Notes: generated by a model not told the origin, from the sequence alone. DNA of 64,000 nt from Bugula neritina (GCA_964035545.1 OZ037767.1:3674707-3738706), one strand, 5' to 3'; numbered from the stretch's first letter, positions 1 to 36,100 are shown. Program-made: numbers and translations.

Positions 1-63
1 CTGAAAGCAAAAATATCATTCTAGTACTGTCATAATTTTACAATACTTTTGGATTTGTAGTTT

Positions 64-280
64 GCATAGTGTATAGTATGTAGTCTACACAGTGTATTAT
101 ATATAGTATGTAGTTTACACAGTGTATAGTATGTAGTCTACAAAATGTATAGTATATAGTATACACAGTGTATAGTACTATATAGCCTACACATTGTATA
201 GTACGTATGTCTACACAGCGTTTATAGTATGTAGTCCACACAGTGTATATATAATTATAGTATATAGTCTACACAGTATA
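64..280. repeat. Degenerate ~23-bp minisatellite (TATAGTATGTAGTCTACACAGTG)n
   Basis: Repeated tatagtatgtagtctacacagtg-like units read directly; explains the spurious ORF 38..241. Confidence 0.85.
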
Positions 281-282
281 AA

Positions 283-1502
<1,220 letters not shown>

Positions 1503-1614
1503 AGGCCTGCAAACTGGTGGACTTTAACTTCTCCCATTATTTTATCATTATTAAGGATCAAGTGCTCGTTTTGAAACTGCTGGAGAAATTTGAGTCAATT
1601 GGAATTTTTTACTC

Positions 1615-20648
<19,034 letters not shown>

Positions 20649-23600
20649 AGTTTTATGATGATTCCTTTGAATTGGCAGCTTTTTTATTACTTATATACAC
20701 TAGAGAGACAATACGTGAAGTTCAATGCATTGTAGCACTATAAATCTAAATGGCATTTGCATGTATTTCTAAAATATAAACTACTGAAAGTAGCCTGTTT
20801 CAGTTTTGTTACTTGAGAACCAAAGAAGCTCAGAACTGCTTTCTCATCAATGATAAGTTTTTCCAATAACTGCACTGCCTATAGATGACAGTCTTCTTTG
20901 TGCGTAGAAGTCATATGGTTTGGCACATAAAAGTCCTGCGATGTATTTTTTAGTATAATTCATAACAAAACATTAATTCATCAGCATGCAACAGTGACAA
21001 TCATATCAGCCTGCAAGCTGGCAGTTAACACCAATTTACACTACAGCTCAAATTAGGCATTAGTAGTCATGTTGCGTCATACAGGTCAATGATTGCAAAT
21101 GTTCACCATGTAACGCTCTGTTAGTTTAGCAGCTAAAAGTTGGTTGTAGTCTGAGCTATGATTAACTGAGTTGTTCTACTTGTTGCATGCTCTACTATTG
21201 GTGATTATTTGTTTTAAACTAGAAATTTAATAATGACTATTCCAGTATCTCTATGCATAGCTCTCTATGATTTAAAAATATTAGTTTCATAATTTCAACC
21301 AAAATAATTGCAATTACCACAGAGTTTATAAATAATTTAATCAGTAATTTTTCTTGTTACATAGTTTTGAGTACTACTGTAGTGTTTGTGACCAATGACA
21401 GATTAGAGTGTTTGAAAGCTGATGGCATCTGTTGCGGTAGCAAGTGCAATAGTTGCATGCCCGTTAAAAGCTGTGCACAGCTGTTTTCAACAATGTTCAT
21501 ATCCCATCAACAGGTTTAGCAGATAGCAGTTAAAATTGATTTATTTATTTGAAAAACTTTTACCAGTTCTCACTATGGGATTCTGAAAGTTGTGGTAAGT
21601 TAAAGTAAGTTAAAATAAGTAAAAGTAAGTTAGATTAATTTTTGTAAATCAATTTGCATGCACACCATCATGTAGTAAATGGTACAATATTTTTAAATGC
21701 TATACTACTGGTGGTATGATATTTTTTTATAGTATATTATGTAACTTGAAGCACATTAATGTATTTAATTTTATCTAAACAATGGATACTTTTTATTATT
21801 TTAAGATTTGCTGATCTCAATAATAAATTATATAAAGTTGATCAGACAACTGTCGGTAGCATACAATAAACTGACGTATATTTTTAGAACAGTATTAATA
21901 TTGATAAAGTAAATAATAAATGCAAATCTACCCATAGATTAATCTATACTATCTGCAGACATGCATTCAGCAGTTAAGAATGCTAGTCTAGCTAGCATAT
22001 GATAGTTTTTTCTGTTTGAATGATTTAAAATTACATTTTTATTATCTAGTGTTAGTTTCAACTGGCAGTTTTATTCTAAGTTTATTTTAGTCGCTGAAAT
22101 AAAGCATGTAGTGTTTAGAACAAAACACAGGCCCAAAATATCTCAATCTTGTTTAAGTTAAAATATAAACTTAACAAGTTGAGTCTAACTCTAGCAGGGC
22201 TAGCTATGATGTCATACCCACATCTGTAACTAGCCTATCACCGAGTTCACAGGCTGGCTATAAGAGGGAAGGTCGACTTTCTGATGGTATACACTACAGC
22301 AATAAGTTACAAACAATTACCTAAATACCAGTAAAATTCTCACTTTTTAATATTTTTGAGAAGATACTTTGTAAATTTGGCATTAAAGAAAAGACAACTA
22401 CAGTCTAGAAACTTATTCTGGTAGTTTAGTAATTGGCTGCTTCTTCAATCAGTTTTTTAACAATTTTTTCACTCTCTCAAGCTGAAATGTAATATTTTCT
22501 AAAATTGCTTTAAATCACAATTATGCATCTGTCAGTCATCCAATTTAAACTCAATATTAGCTACACTCATTAAGACTTAAGCTTTTATTTAAACTAATCG
22601 TATCATGCATCATAACGTTTATATTACAATATAATTACTGTAAAATATTTCTGCTGCTTTGTTATCCCAAAACACTGCAAGCATACTAGCTGACCGTGTG
22701 CAAATAAAAGCATGCTTTGCAGCCCTTATTACAATTGCAGCCTTCTTTAAATAGTTTCAGTAGTAGCCTTGGTTGCAAACTGCTCTACCAATATTCGTGT
22801 TGTCAGCACTGTAAATACCTTCTATTATATTTTGCCACCAAATATAACTGCATATATACCTAACAACAGAATCTTATGTAAGTAAACACAAGTCTTTTTC
22901 AGTTATTCTAATTTGTATTTTTAGCTTTTATACATACTCATATACATCATTGGACTGCAGAAATTATATTCTTTAAAGAGACATTATTTTATCTGTTTAA
23001 AAGGATAATTTTATAATATTTTAGTTTGGTTAAGTTGATGTTTCAAACCTTTGTAATTTTCAAAGCATTTAATCGTTAAGCAATTAAACTTACACTGAAA
23101 ATATATTGTTTAGCTAAAATATCTATCAATTGTTTTAACAGATGTGATATAGTTTTTAAATCATATCTATAATCAGCCTCTTGAGTTGTAGAGATTTAAA
23201 TTGTGCTTAGTTTTGGCTTCTGTAAGTTGATGGCTATCTCAATGTTTGGATCTCATTCTATCTTATGAGTAGACAACTCTCTCATCTCATAAATATCCTA
23301 CAGGAGTTGCCCTTTAGATGTTTGCTTTTGGTGAAAGCCATAAGACTGCATCTATATACTTCAGTTTACATCAGATTATTGAGGTTTAGTCATTTAAGAC
23401 ACTTTTTTCAAGTACTCTGACTGTAGTGGTGCGCCAAGTGAAAGTTAAAAGCATACAGAAGTCCAGGCTTATCCTTGTGGTAAGCCTGTACAGCATAATA
23501 TTATAATTTAATCAGCATTACGTGGGATATCATTGACTACATGTGGTCAAATATACAGGGCTTTACCCTTTCTATTCCAGCAAACTTCTTAGTGACAAAT

Positions 23601-24168
23601 AGAGTTATTGCCAGTAACCCTATTAGCATTCGACAAGCACATTTCCTAGCTACCGGTACTTAAGTTATGTCATATAATAGTTTACCTGCAATATTCATCA
23701 TGGGTAAAGGTTTTTGTCAGTGATCAAAACACATAGTTTTGCACCAGGCTTTCTACAAAACTTGTACTTGTAACTTAATTAGTAATTAGTGGCATATCGG
23801 TTCAATCAGGCAGGTCATAAGTGTAGTGCCCTTAGTGTCTATAAAAAGTCAAACGATAACATGTGCTTTCATTTAAAATTTAACTGGACAGGCTGAAACG
23901 CTTAATATATTCACATAATTTTTGAAACAAAATACTTTGCCCTTGCAGCTTTTGATTATTGGAGCAGCTTTTGCCTTTTAAATACTTTGAAACAATTATA
24001 ACAAGTAATTAGATAACACTTTGCTTGTTCCTCCATTAGTCACTATATGTCCTTGCATGCTGCAGCTAGTATATTTGTACAGAGACAGCTGTCTAAAATA
24101 AAATGTTCTTTTACAATATGAATTAGGAATCAAGTAATACTGTAGTGTTGGGAGTGAAAACAGCACAG

Positions 24169-24654
24169 ATGGAGGATTTGGATAAAAGAAATAAGCTACC
24201 GATAGACAGAGGCTGGGCATGGGTCATTACACTAGGTGAGTAGTTGATATACATGCTTATATTCAACTTTCAGATATTAACTGAATGAGAAAAAAATAAT
24301 ATTTTTGATTAAATAAAAGTAAAAATGTGCTGGTTTTTCTCTAAATAGTTTTGATTTCCAAGAAGTTGTAGCCATCTTTGTTTAATCAACATAAGGGTTT
24401 GAGTTTTGCTGGAAGTGGTTTATTCAACAGAAATCACTTGATGCAGCACAAAGTTTGGGGTCACTAAATGCAGTATTTGGTTTAGAGGACAATGATGTGT
24501 GTATAAACGCTGCATTCAATGACCCATAAATTTGTGCTGCATCTAGCACTTTTTTGTTTAATAATTTTGCCTACCCTAATTAAACATTATTAATTACTTT
24601 GGCATGCAATGCATAGTTGGCAATGTAAGACTGATAAACAGATAAATTAGCTGT

Positions 24655-24717
<63 letters not shown>

Positions 24718-27700
24718 CAAAGTTATATTACATCTACTTAATTTGGTCTATCTTGCTATATTATAGAGCTTTACACATATTCTTAAAATACTGTACATTT
24801 TTTATAACCATTTCAATGAATTGTTTATTTGAATACAGCAAGCTGTGGTACATTTGGTTTTGTATCGGGACATTTCAAAATTCAGGGTGTAATATATGTG
24901 GAGCTACTAGAGCGGTTCCCACATGCCTCCGCCCAAAGTATACTGTGGATATTTGGTCTATGGAGCTTACTGAATAGAGGATCAGGTACGTTGAGTAAAC
25001 ATTGGTAAATAATTGAAGCAGCATGAATAGCAATAAAGTGACAGCAATAACCTAGCAATCAGCAAGTTTAAGTTATATACAATAAATTGGAGACAATACA
25101 TATGGTTGAGTAAAAATTAGTTACAAAAATTACACACAAATGTTGAAAGTGAAACTGGGACTAATTCAGAGCCAAGTAATTGAGAATCACAAGACACTTA
25201 ATCATAGCATATAGGAACTCAATATTTAGGCTTCCAGTTTAACGGTATGCTTTACAGTCAGTAGATAAAGATTCCAGGCTGCTATGAAGTAGGTGGTTTC
25301 TATGCACATCTCGCATCTACCATTGGTGATCTACATTGAGTGATCTATGAAACTATATATATAATACGAAAACATATTTTGGCCGGCTCAGTTAATTAAA
25401 AGCAGACCAAAAAGTATGACAAGCATGTATATACATTAGGATTATGTTGGTAGCTTTTATTCTTGCTTTAGTTGTTTAAACTCAATATCTTTGAATTTGC
25501 TTTGCCCGTTTAATTCTTGAGCTGTTAAAACTATAAAAGTTCTATATAAGAGGTGCATGGACAACTTGCAGTCTTATGCGGCCTATTATTGTTTGTTCAT
25601 GTGATCCCCCACCCACCCACCCTTCCTCCCCCTTGCCAGCTATTTTACCAAAATAAACTTTTGCTACCAGACAAACTTGTGATACGTTTAGATAGAACCA
25701 TACAAGGTTGACCAGGTAGTGTAATGAACAAATCTTATTTTACATTGCTAAGGTTCATGCTGTTATTTTCACACTAGCAGCGGATTCAGTCTAAACTCGT
25801 TGCACACCATCCAAGTGGCACGTGGTAGTTTGTAACTTGAATGCAATTGAAATTCCAAATTTATCAAGTTTGTTTTTACATTTCATTCAACAACCTCAAC
25901 ACACACCCCAATGGCTATTCTATAATATCTACAAAAGGTTTCTAGTAAGATTTATATGTTTTATAAAAACTAACATCAGCTGATTGAATAAATAATTAAC
26001 TTACAAATTTGGGCTATAATTTATTTTAAACTGTCACTAAATGTTAACATGGTTTAGCTGTAAAAAAACCATTTTTATAATTTCGCAGGTCCATTAGCTG
26101 GGACATTTCTGACTAAGGCCTCCACGAGAACTGTGTCTATCACAGGAGTTGTTCTCATGTCATCATCTTTGATAGTGTTTGCCTATCTGCCGAGCTATGA
26201 GTACATGTACGTCGTGTACGGAGCTGTTTGTGGTATGTAAATACATCTTCTGTAATCTACTACTTGTTTATATTATATGTTGAGGGTGTATATATAAAAA
26301 CTGATTGAATTAAAGCAATGGTTTTAATAAATTATTTGTAACACAAAAAAGCTGCATAAACTTTTTTTTGTCAAACTTATAATTGTTTGACACAGAAGCA
26401 CCTTAATTCGCTCTTCAGTTATACTCACATGTAGTGATATAATATTATAATAAGAGTACCTTATTCGCAGCAATTCTAGTGAAGCTATTTTTTAATGTTT
26501 CATTCTTAGATTTTGAAGTGTACCAATTCGTTTGAAAAGTAAATTATTAGGGTTGATAAACATGTTAAATTAATATATTTAAGTACGTGAGTTTTCTAGT
26601 GATGAGCGTGCTACATTATTTTGAAACTGACTATATGGTTTGTTGTGGGAAATTCATACTATTCTACTCAAAGTATTGTCTAAAATAATTATATAGTAGT
26701 AAATTTAAGCTGTAAAAACTTTTTTAAACAGCTTTGCCACACTTTAAAACATCCGTAGAACTATTGATACTACAATATAACAATATTTGTCTGAAAGCAG
26801 TAATGCCCACTTAACACACTCTATCAACTTACCCACAGGGATAGGTGCTGGCATGGTAGGACTCTCATCCTTAACAGCCCCACTTCCTTACTTTGAGAAG
26901 AAAAGAGCTTTGTCTGTGGGCATAACCTGTACTGGTTCGGGTATAGCAGCCGTCATACTACCACTAGTCATCCATCAATTGTTCAAAAACTACTCTTTTG
27001 AAGGAGCTCTACTACTCTATGGTAACTCGCTTCCTTTAGTAAACTTTAACAACTTAGTTTAGCATCAATAACTCAGTTTAGTAACTCTTCTAAAAGTTTT
27101 GTTTTAAATACTGAATGAAGCACAATGTTTTAAAAACTTTAGTGTGGTAAAGCTTATAGTAAATTTATTTTCACATTTTTAAGTTAGCCATCTTTGATTG
27201 GGATTAGCCATTCATATATGACACATTAACTAAATTGGCCTTAGAATTATATATTGAATTATATAACTACAACCCTGATACTTAAGTAAGTAATGGTTTT
27301 ATAAATCAATGCAAACCTTGTATTGTTTATGTTTCCTATAATATTTTACCTGTACTAAACTTTAACTACTGCACAGTCACTTTTCATCTATTCTTCAGAT
27401 TAATATCTTTTTCAAACAGTCTATGGTTTAGTTTACATAAATTCTTGCCATTTTTTCTTACAGGCACCATTGTAACAGGTGAAGTTTTATTGTGAATGTG
27501 ATAGAAATATGTATATAACATGCAGTTTATTTCTTATGCCTTATATCGGTTTATGTGTTACAGCTGGAGTGTGTTTACAAATGCTCATCTTCTCAGCATT
27601 TCTACGGCCATTCTCTTTCTATGAAAGACATTTCAATGCCATGAATAGCAAATTTAAAGCTGAAGGAAAAAAGCAGATACAAGTCTTTCAAACAAGGAAT

Positions 27701-29064
27701 AAAATGGACTATGATGTAAGTTTTTAATGAATGAATGCAGGGAGCAGAGGGGGGTTAGAGCGTTTGCCTAGTAAACACAAAGTCATGGGTTAAACCTTGA
27801 CAAAGGCCACTGGTGATATTAGGAAGAGCATCCAGTCATACTTGCTCCTGTGGCTCATCTTAATAAGTCCTTAGTCCAGTTTAACAAAAACCCTTCCTCT
27901 CAGGGGTTTTCTCACAGGGATGGTGACTATATAAACTTGAGAGAGTTTTTATGTATGATTATTTTATTTTATAAATCTTCTTTTATTAGCGATATATGGC
28001 ACCAAAAAATCTTATAACATAGCTCATATTATCCATAATTTACTGCCTAAATTATGTTCAACTTATACGCTGCATAAAATTACTTTGAGATGTTTATTTA
28101 AAGCTGCTCAAGTATATATGCAGTTGCGACAAAAATTTTAATAGACAGTAAATTATTTTAGGAAAATTTTCGTCAAAGAAGCTGCTCAAATACAACTCAC
28201 AAAACTTCACAATACAAAGCAGAAAGCTCTACTGATCATACAAACGTTTTCCTTTCTCTTCCACATCAACTACAAAGAAGTGACAACTCCAATGAGAAAA
28301 AGCACTCAGGATCCTTTCTAGCCTATAGCATCTCAGACTTGGCTACAGAAGCCGTAGTGTTTACCGGAGAGTCTTATAGCGAGTCCATTACTGACAGTAG
28401 CTCTTCAACAGCAAAGACTGAAAAACTATCACTTTGGCGCATAGCCATAAATTCCAAATCTATCACAGTTGGAATAGCTACTTTCCTTCACGTTGCGGGA
28501 TTCGGAGTGGCTTTTCAATGTCTTCCCGCTCTAGGAGAATCTTCAGGTTTTTATTCTTGAACATCCTCAACTAATTTTTGTTTTGTCAACTGTTTACCTC
28601 TTTCACCTATCAATATATTTATATAAGAAATTACTCTTGTGACTGTAAGGTATAGATTAGCCTAAAATTTCAATTTTTGTGTGTTAGGATTAGAAAGTTA
28701 GGGAAATGTATTTACGAATACTGTAAGAGACAATTTGTATAATGATTGCACACTTTTCAACTAGAGCAAAAAATCTCATTATTTCTAACTGTTCATCTCA
28801 AACTATTACAGGTGTAGAGAAGCGACTGGTAGCGCTGCTGCTGTCAGTGTTTGGTATAATAGAGGTTCCCTGTAGACTTCTTAATGGGTGGATAGCTGAC
28901 CGGGGGTTCATATCCACCTGCACTCTTCTAGCCATCAACATAATCAGCACTGGAGTTGCTGCTTTCATAGGTAGTCTCATATCAGGCCTTGCAGGTTAGT
29001 ATATGCCATTGTATCAACTTCTACCTTCTATTTATACATATATATAAGTTTGACTAGTTGTGTG

Positions 29065-29139
<75 letters not shown>

Positions 29140-30161
29140 ATGTGTGCGTGTGCGTGTGCGTGTGCGTGTGCAAGTTGTGCTCTTGATATGATATATATGC
29201 CTTGCTTTTAGGAATGGTAATTTTGGTGGCTAGCTTCTCAACTGTCGGATGTTCAGCCTTCAGCCTGATTCCGATAGTCAATGGAGAACTACTCGGCACG
29301 CAGAATGTGCAGTCAGCTACAGCAATCAACTTCGCTTATCAAGGACTGGCTAATGTGTTCTCAACATTTTCTGCTGGTAAGGCCTTTTAAGTATCTTTAA
29401 CTGACTGAGAATTTTACACTTGAAATAAGATTTACTCTTAAAAACTAAATAACTATTCAGTTTTCTTGTCATTTCTTCATATTTTAAATTTTACAAATTA
29501 GTTCTCTATATTTCAAATTACTGGGCAAGTCTCTCTTTAAATATAAACTGTTATGCAGCAGTTGAGGTCTACAGAAAACTGTAATATGTGAGAATAAATA
29601 TCACCAATAGGCTATCAAGTAAGGTTTTCAAGTATTTCTTTATTTGCACATATGTTGGTATGTATTTTAGTTTTCTGTTATATAATTTTATAGCTTCTAT
29701 TACATACATAATAATCTGTTGCCATGCATACCAATATAACTATAAATACTATAGACTTTAGCTAGGTAGAATTTCACATTTTGACATACAGATACAAAGA
29801 TGTGTAAAAATTATTATATTAAGCAAAACATAGCATAATGAATTATTTAATAATTCATAGTTTTAATTTGCATTTTAATCAATCTTGTGTGAGGTTCAAG
29901 TTGCATGTTAACTTTAACTAAGAGTATTTTGGTCTTTTTGTAAAATTTCAGCTATACGTTGCTTTAGTATGAAATGGTCTTGTATTGTAAATTTCAGGTT
30001 TAATATATGAATCGACCAAGAGCTGGGAGAGTGTGTTTATATTCGCTGGTGGTGTCTGTACTGCGTCTGGCTTCATTATCTTTTTCCTCCGTGTCTTCAT
30101 ACATTTCAGCAGCAAAAAGCAGAAGGACTGGACTGCTATTTCTTTAAGTGATGAAACATAA
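24169..30161 (+). CDS. SLC16 / monocarboxylate transporter family MFS permease, paralogue 1 (9 coding exons)
   Basis: Exons 24169-24235, 24839-24985, 26089-26232, 26839-27021, 27564-27715, 28162-28546, 28812-28994, 29212-29376, 29998-30161. MCT motifs PIDRGWAWVI, YFEKKRALSVGITCTGSG, AFLRP, EVPCRLLNGWIAD, GLIYESTKSW. Confidence 0.93.
24426..24558. repeat. Short inverted repeat / small MITE-like hairpin in intron 1 of transporter 1
   Basis: GATGCAGCACAAA..GGGTCA..AATGCAG pairs with CTGCATT..TGACCC..TTTGTGCTGCATC. Confidence 0.65.
24657..24713. repeat. (TA)n microsatellite
   Basis: Read directly. Confidence 0.95.
27740..27950 (+). mobile_element. tRNA-derived SINE, family B copy 1
   Basis: Head ggggttagagcgtttgcctagtaaacacaaagtcatgggttaaacc with A/B-box-like motifs; homologous over ~200 bp to 51916-52130 (reverse strand). 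Confidence 0.7.
29059..29170. repeat. (TGCG)n / (TGTGCG)n microsatellite
   Basis: Read directly. Confidence 0.95.
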
Positions 30162-33100
30162 TAATTAAGTAGCCAATAAAATTATGCATTCAATACCATA
30201 AGTCATAAGTTGGGCTTCAAATTTTAGTTGAATTAGTATCAAAATATTTAATTTTTTGTAATTGGCTATGAAAATGTATTGCATGCATCATTATTAAATA
30301 TAAAATGTAATTTTAAATGCTAGTTACTAATGAAGAAGTTAACCTGAGCAAAGATCAAGAAAACAAAATATGATGAGAAATATATACAACTATTGTGGTA
30401 CTCTGTCCTGATTTAAATAGCGAATTGCATGCCTGCTCCACTTTTGTATTTCCTATATCTTTGCTAAACTAATATAATGAAGTAAATAAATTTGCTATAG
30501 TTGTTAATAAACTATTTCAGTTATAAACAACATTAGTTATAAAATTATTTTATAACTGATATTGTTTCTTGTTGAATACTTACATGCATTCTATCTTTTC
30601 CATTTTCATAATCTTTTTATTTTCATACAAAGCTACTATATCTTATAACAGCAATTCATTAAACGGACACTTGAATGATACAGGACATACACATAATGGC
30701 CGGAGATGATATACAATAAGCTTTATAATGGCATAAACACTATATCAGCACCTAGCCTGAATATTATAGCATTTCACTCTTTAGCTATAAGATATTGGTT
30801 ACTTGTATTGACTTTACCTTTATGTCGGTAAGTGGCAGAGCTCTGGCTATAAGAGGTAACTAAAGAAAGAACCCTTTAAACTGATGTGATAGCTGTGTTA
30901 AGCAAAATACCTCTTATGTGCTAAAGTCCTTCCTGATCAGACTTGACTGAAGAGAAAAAGTGTCTTTACACAATACTACCAGTTAGTACAATACCACTAC
31001 AACGTTACACATACATGTATATAGAATAGATATTATACCTATATCATAATATTATACATAGCAAATATTTATAATATAATTTGATGCATACTCTATGTTA
31101 TATTAGGTACTTAATATCTGACAACCCCCAGTACGCAATATAACAAATTGAAATTAGTTTACATTTATAGTATGGAGTTATCTCGTCTTTTAAAGATGCC
31201 GTAATCAGCACTAATCCCAGTATGCAAATGTAGCAAATATGTGTGATTTATTTAAATAGTTTCCAATAAAGCTTGAATGGTAATAAAATCGTGGAATAAA
31301 ATGCTGTTTCAGTTATTCATGAGTGGTTTGCAATTTAAAACTACCTCAAAAACTTTTCTCTCCGTGCTTTGTCTGAACTTCTTTCAGCAGAATATATTTT
31401 TCACATTATTTTCATATATAGGCCTATATAACATAATAGCTCTAAGGTCCCAACTTTACACCATGCGGCATGCAAAAACTTTAGCTGCTGTTTTGCAATA
31501 ATTTTCTCATAATAAATGCATAAACTAGCTTAGTTTGCATTTATTTTAAAAACAATATTTAATAATAATTGCTTTAGCCTAAAGTTCTTTACACATAACA
31601 TTTTTAGCTTTCATTTCTTAAATCTGTCAGCTAATAAATATATGAAAAAAGTTTTTCAGATTACAGTTTATGTGTTTAAATATTATTCAACATTATTTCC
31701 TAATTTAATCTGAACAGTACATATTAATTGTAGATTTTCAGCAAATTGTTTATCATCTATTACTGTTTGCCTATAAAACAAATATGAGCCTCCCCCTCCC
31801 CCCCTCCTTCTTATCTACTATGTGCACTTGTTGACTTTATAAGACATGAGAGCATAACTCTACAATGTAGTATGTTAACGGCTATATTTATGATTTGTGT
31901 ACAAAGTTAATATATTACATAATGACACAAGGCTATTTCTATTCATAGCATATAGTTGAATGCTAAAAGTAACAGTTGATATCTGGACAAGTAACTGATT
32001 AAGTGCTGCACATTCACAATGGATCCTGCATTACTACAATTCTATACGTTCTATAGCCTATAGAGTTTTCAGTTGATCAAACGGCATTTAATAATTGGAG
32101 ATTGCTTCAAGTTAAACCTTACACAAGCTCATATTATTATTAACAAGTTACTAGTATATTATACACAGAGGAATGTAATTAGCTGTGTACAGGCTAGGAT
32201 ATTCACTCTTACAAGTTAGTTTGTGGGTTAGAGTTAGCTGTGTACACTAGGACTATGAATATGGAAAATATTTTAACTCTGGAAAAAACCCTATCATAAG
32301 CAACCAGGTGAGGTATTGAGAGATCTTAAGTAATTTTTACTTCAGAAGCTCTTCTAGGAAACTGAAAGTATAATGCTTTAAGGGATATCTGCAGCATAAA
32401 CTTTAGTGAATATCTGCAGCATAAATTGAGGGCCCACCAAATGTGACAGAGGTTAAGACCTGAACTCTACACTTACAGCTAATGTAGATTTTATCCTAAC
32501 AATCACCCCTTTTTAAATGTATTTGTTCTTGAAATCTAAGGTCATATTAGTGCTGCGGTATTTAACCATTTTTTGTAAGCAGACAGTGGATATCAAGCAG
32601 TATAAATTGAGGTTTTTTCACCAGTTCCAGGACTTGTCAAAGTTAAACTATCTAGCAGCATACTGAGGACATGTGATTTACTGCTTTCTAGGCATGTGTT
32701 ACACGTTACTCCTAATATTTATGGAAGTTGTCATATAGCAAAGTGCTGCATGTTGAGGCTATATAGCCAACATATCCATTTTATTTATAGCCAGTGCTAA
32801 GTGCAAACTGTCAAATAACTTAGTTTTGCGAAAGTTTCCTTTGTGAGCATTAAATCACATAAACACTTGCCAGCTGTGCAATAGTAATCAAGTAGCATGC
32901 TTTTTGATTTTTTATTTCTACTCGTCCATCACCGTACACAGCAATAGCAACTATTTCACAGAAGTCTGTATTTTGCAGTAAAACTTGCAAAGGCTATGTA
33001 AGTTTTAATCGTGAGATATAAGAGTTGGTGCTCATATCTGATTGACTGAGTTTTACTGAAAAATACGTGTGCTTCTGTAAAGTAGTTACACTAACTATTT

Positions 33101-33177
33101 TATTTCATATTCCAAATTTCTTAGTTTGGAGTTGGTGGATTATTATATAGTTGGTACACATTTCTGATTGGCTGACC

Positions 33178-36100
33178 ATGTCTGTTGGAGTAGAGAAAAG
33201 GTCACACTTACCAGTAGACAGGGGCTGGGCTTGGGTCATCACCTTTGGTAAGAATCTTAAATCTATTTTACATTCTTTCTTGGTTCAAATTTTATTTTTC
33301 AGTTTTACTTTCAAAATTAATAGTCATTTGCAGAAAAACTCAATTTTGCACCATCATTATGGTCATCTGAATATACCTTGCATAAAGGTAGGCACAGAAA
33401 CAGACATAGACATACACATAGAAATAGACATAGACATAGACAGAGATACAAATATGACCTTGTAAGTGGCATATTTTAATATTCTATTGCTCTATTTTTA
33501 GTATATAACATTTAAATCATGATTTAATTATTTGTTGTTTTTATGTGCTGTATTTGTGACAGCTCACTTTTTACTTGTGTATAAATATTTGAATTATAAC
33601 TTTAGCTGGAAGTGGGTTGATTAGCTTTTGCTCTGGTCATGCAAAAAGCAGGGGAATCATTTTAGTAGAATTGATAGAAAGATTTCCAGATGCATCAGTG
33701 ACTGCCTTGTTATGGATCTTCATGTTAGCCAAGTTGATAAACAAGTGCTCTGGTAAGATTATTGTTATAAACTGGGGTGCTCTGGTAAGATTGCCTGCTA
33801 AATATGGACAGGTTCTCTAATGAAATTACCTGCTAAATATGAACAGGTGTGCTAGTAAGAGCAATAAAAAAACTGTGGTCTAAAATAATTGTATATATAC
33901 CCACTTTGACTATTGAAAAGGCTTATTATTGTGAAACACTTGAATATTAAAAATCAAGAAGTAGTCTTTTGCCTAATTTCCAAAAAAGTTAGAATTAAAA
34001 CTGTGACATCTAAAAATAATTTTTCAAAGTTTGAATGACTACTGTGAATAGAACTACAAATGATATTACAGGACTGCTTAGCCAACTACACACATTATAC
34101 AGCGTTACCGAAATGGTTGGACAATTTCTAAAGTTAACTACATGTCATAATTCTTGCTTACAGGACCTCTATGTGGATTAATATTAACAAAGACCTCCAA
34201 CAGAACTTTGTCCATGTCTGGTGTACTTCTTGCATCGGGAAGTCTCCTTGTGTTTGGATATCTCCCAAGATATGAATACATGTACATAGTGTATGGAATA
34301 GTTTACGGTATTCACATTTAGTATAGATATCATTGTACATCTGATTGCATGAGTTTAGTTCCATGCATTTAAATAAGCTGGAAAATTCGACAAGACCTAA
34401 GGAAAAATTTTATTACAAGTAGCTGCAAGTTTCTATTTCCAATATTTAAACATGCATGTGTTTAGGAAATGATCAAACATGCTTCTTCAAGTTTTCATGT
34501 ATAGACCTTATATTAACCAATATTGTTTGGTATAGGGAAACTTATGAGATACTGATGTTACTGTAGGTCTGGGGAATGGTATGATAGTCCTCTCTGCCTT
34601 CACAGCCTACAGACCATATTTTGACAAGAGGAAAGCTTTGTCACTCGGGTTAACCATGTCTGGTTCTGGAGTGGGTGGTCTCACTATACCTATACTAACC
34701 AGGGTTCTTCTCAATAATTTTACATTTTCTGGTGCTCTTCTTATCATCTGTAAGTTTCGTTGAATAAAACTTATTTTTTACTGACAATTTGTGCCTTTGG
34801 TACTAAAAAATAGCATAAATTAACTCAAAAAATTGAAACATCTTAATTGACTTATGTTTTTTTATGTATTACTTAACAATTTTACCCGAAAAGTCAGTTT
34901 AAATTAAAAACAATTTTGTTGAAGAAAAACTAGTCATGGTTTAATATGTTGTTTTAAAAATACCAGTTTCATTTCCATATATAGCTGGATTATCCTTGCA
35001 AACCCTGGTGCTAGCTGCTCTACTGAGACCAATATCTTACTATGAAAGAGCTTGCAAGACACAACCAGCTGCCTCTAAATCTGTAGATCAATCTAGTGAA
35101 GATTCAACCTCGTTGTTGGTAGATAACCTATCATTGTTTATAGCCTTTAACAAAAATGAGCTAGCTTGTGTAATATATTTGCAAGCATTTTAGAGTTATG
35201 CTTTCTTTATTGCAATTAAATTGAAATAAAAAACTTGACTCTAATTGTGAGTTTTTTTAGATATCTGAAAAAGTTTCAACTTGACGAATAAATATTTTGA
35301 TTTAAGGTAATTTTGGTTTTAAGTCACCTTGAATGTTCTGATGCATGTATAGACCTTTAAACATTTAACTTTAAACTGCAAATTTAATTCTAGAATAATT
35401 GGATAGCATCATCAGCTTAATTTGCTTGTGCAATTTTAGGTTTTATTTGCAATCAACAAATTTATAAATATTTAGAGAAAACAAAAATTCAAATTTTAGC
35501 AATGTTTTTCCTATAGCTGTTTCAGTTTTACATATAAGTATACATTATAGTTATACATCATAATACATGCTATATAGTTATATAACAATCTTATAAATTA
35601 TAAATATTTCAAGTGAAGGCTTCTAATTATATATCTCTGGAATGTCAATGATAAATATTATGCTTGTTTTTAGCTACTCAGGCTATTTTTCAATATAGTC
35701 AGCTTTTTCATTCTCACAGCCTTATTGTCTTTTCAGAGTCAAGCAGAAGAACATGCATTACAACCTTCTTTAGAGCCTTCATCACTGCATTCCCTACATA
35801 CCATTGAAGAAGTCAAATTATCGAGTCAGCAAAACGGATCTTCCCCTAAAGAGAATTATGATGATAATTTTGAGGATGAAAAAGATGCTAAACAAGAACA
35901 GAATGCTAAAAGATGTTGTGGTAACTGGAGAAAGTATTTCAACACCAAGACACTTCTCTTTGACATAGCAATTCTGTGTTATTCTACAGGAACTTCTGCA
36001 GTCTTTAATAGCATTCCTTCTCTTGGGAAAGAAGCAGGTACCAGGTTTTTTATTAGCTCAATCTGTCTAATTCCACACCCCCTCTGCAAGTTTTAATTGT

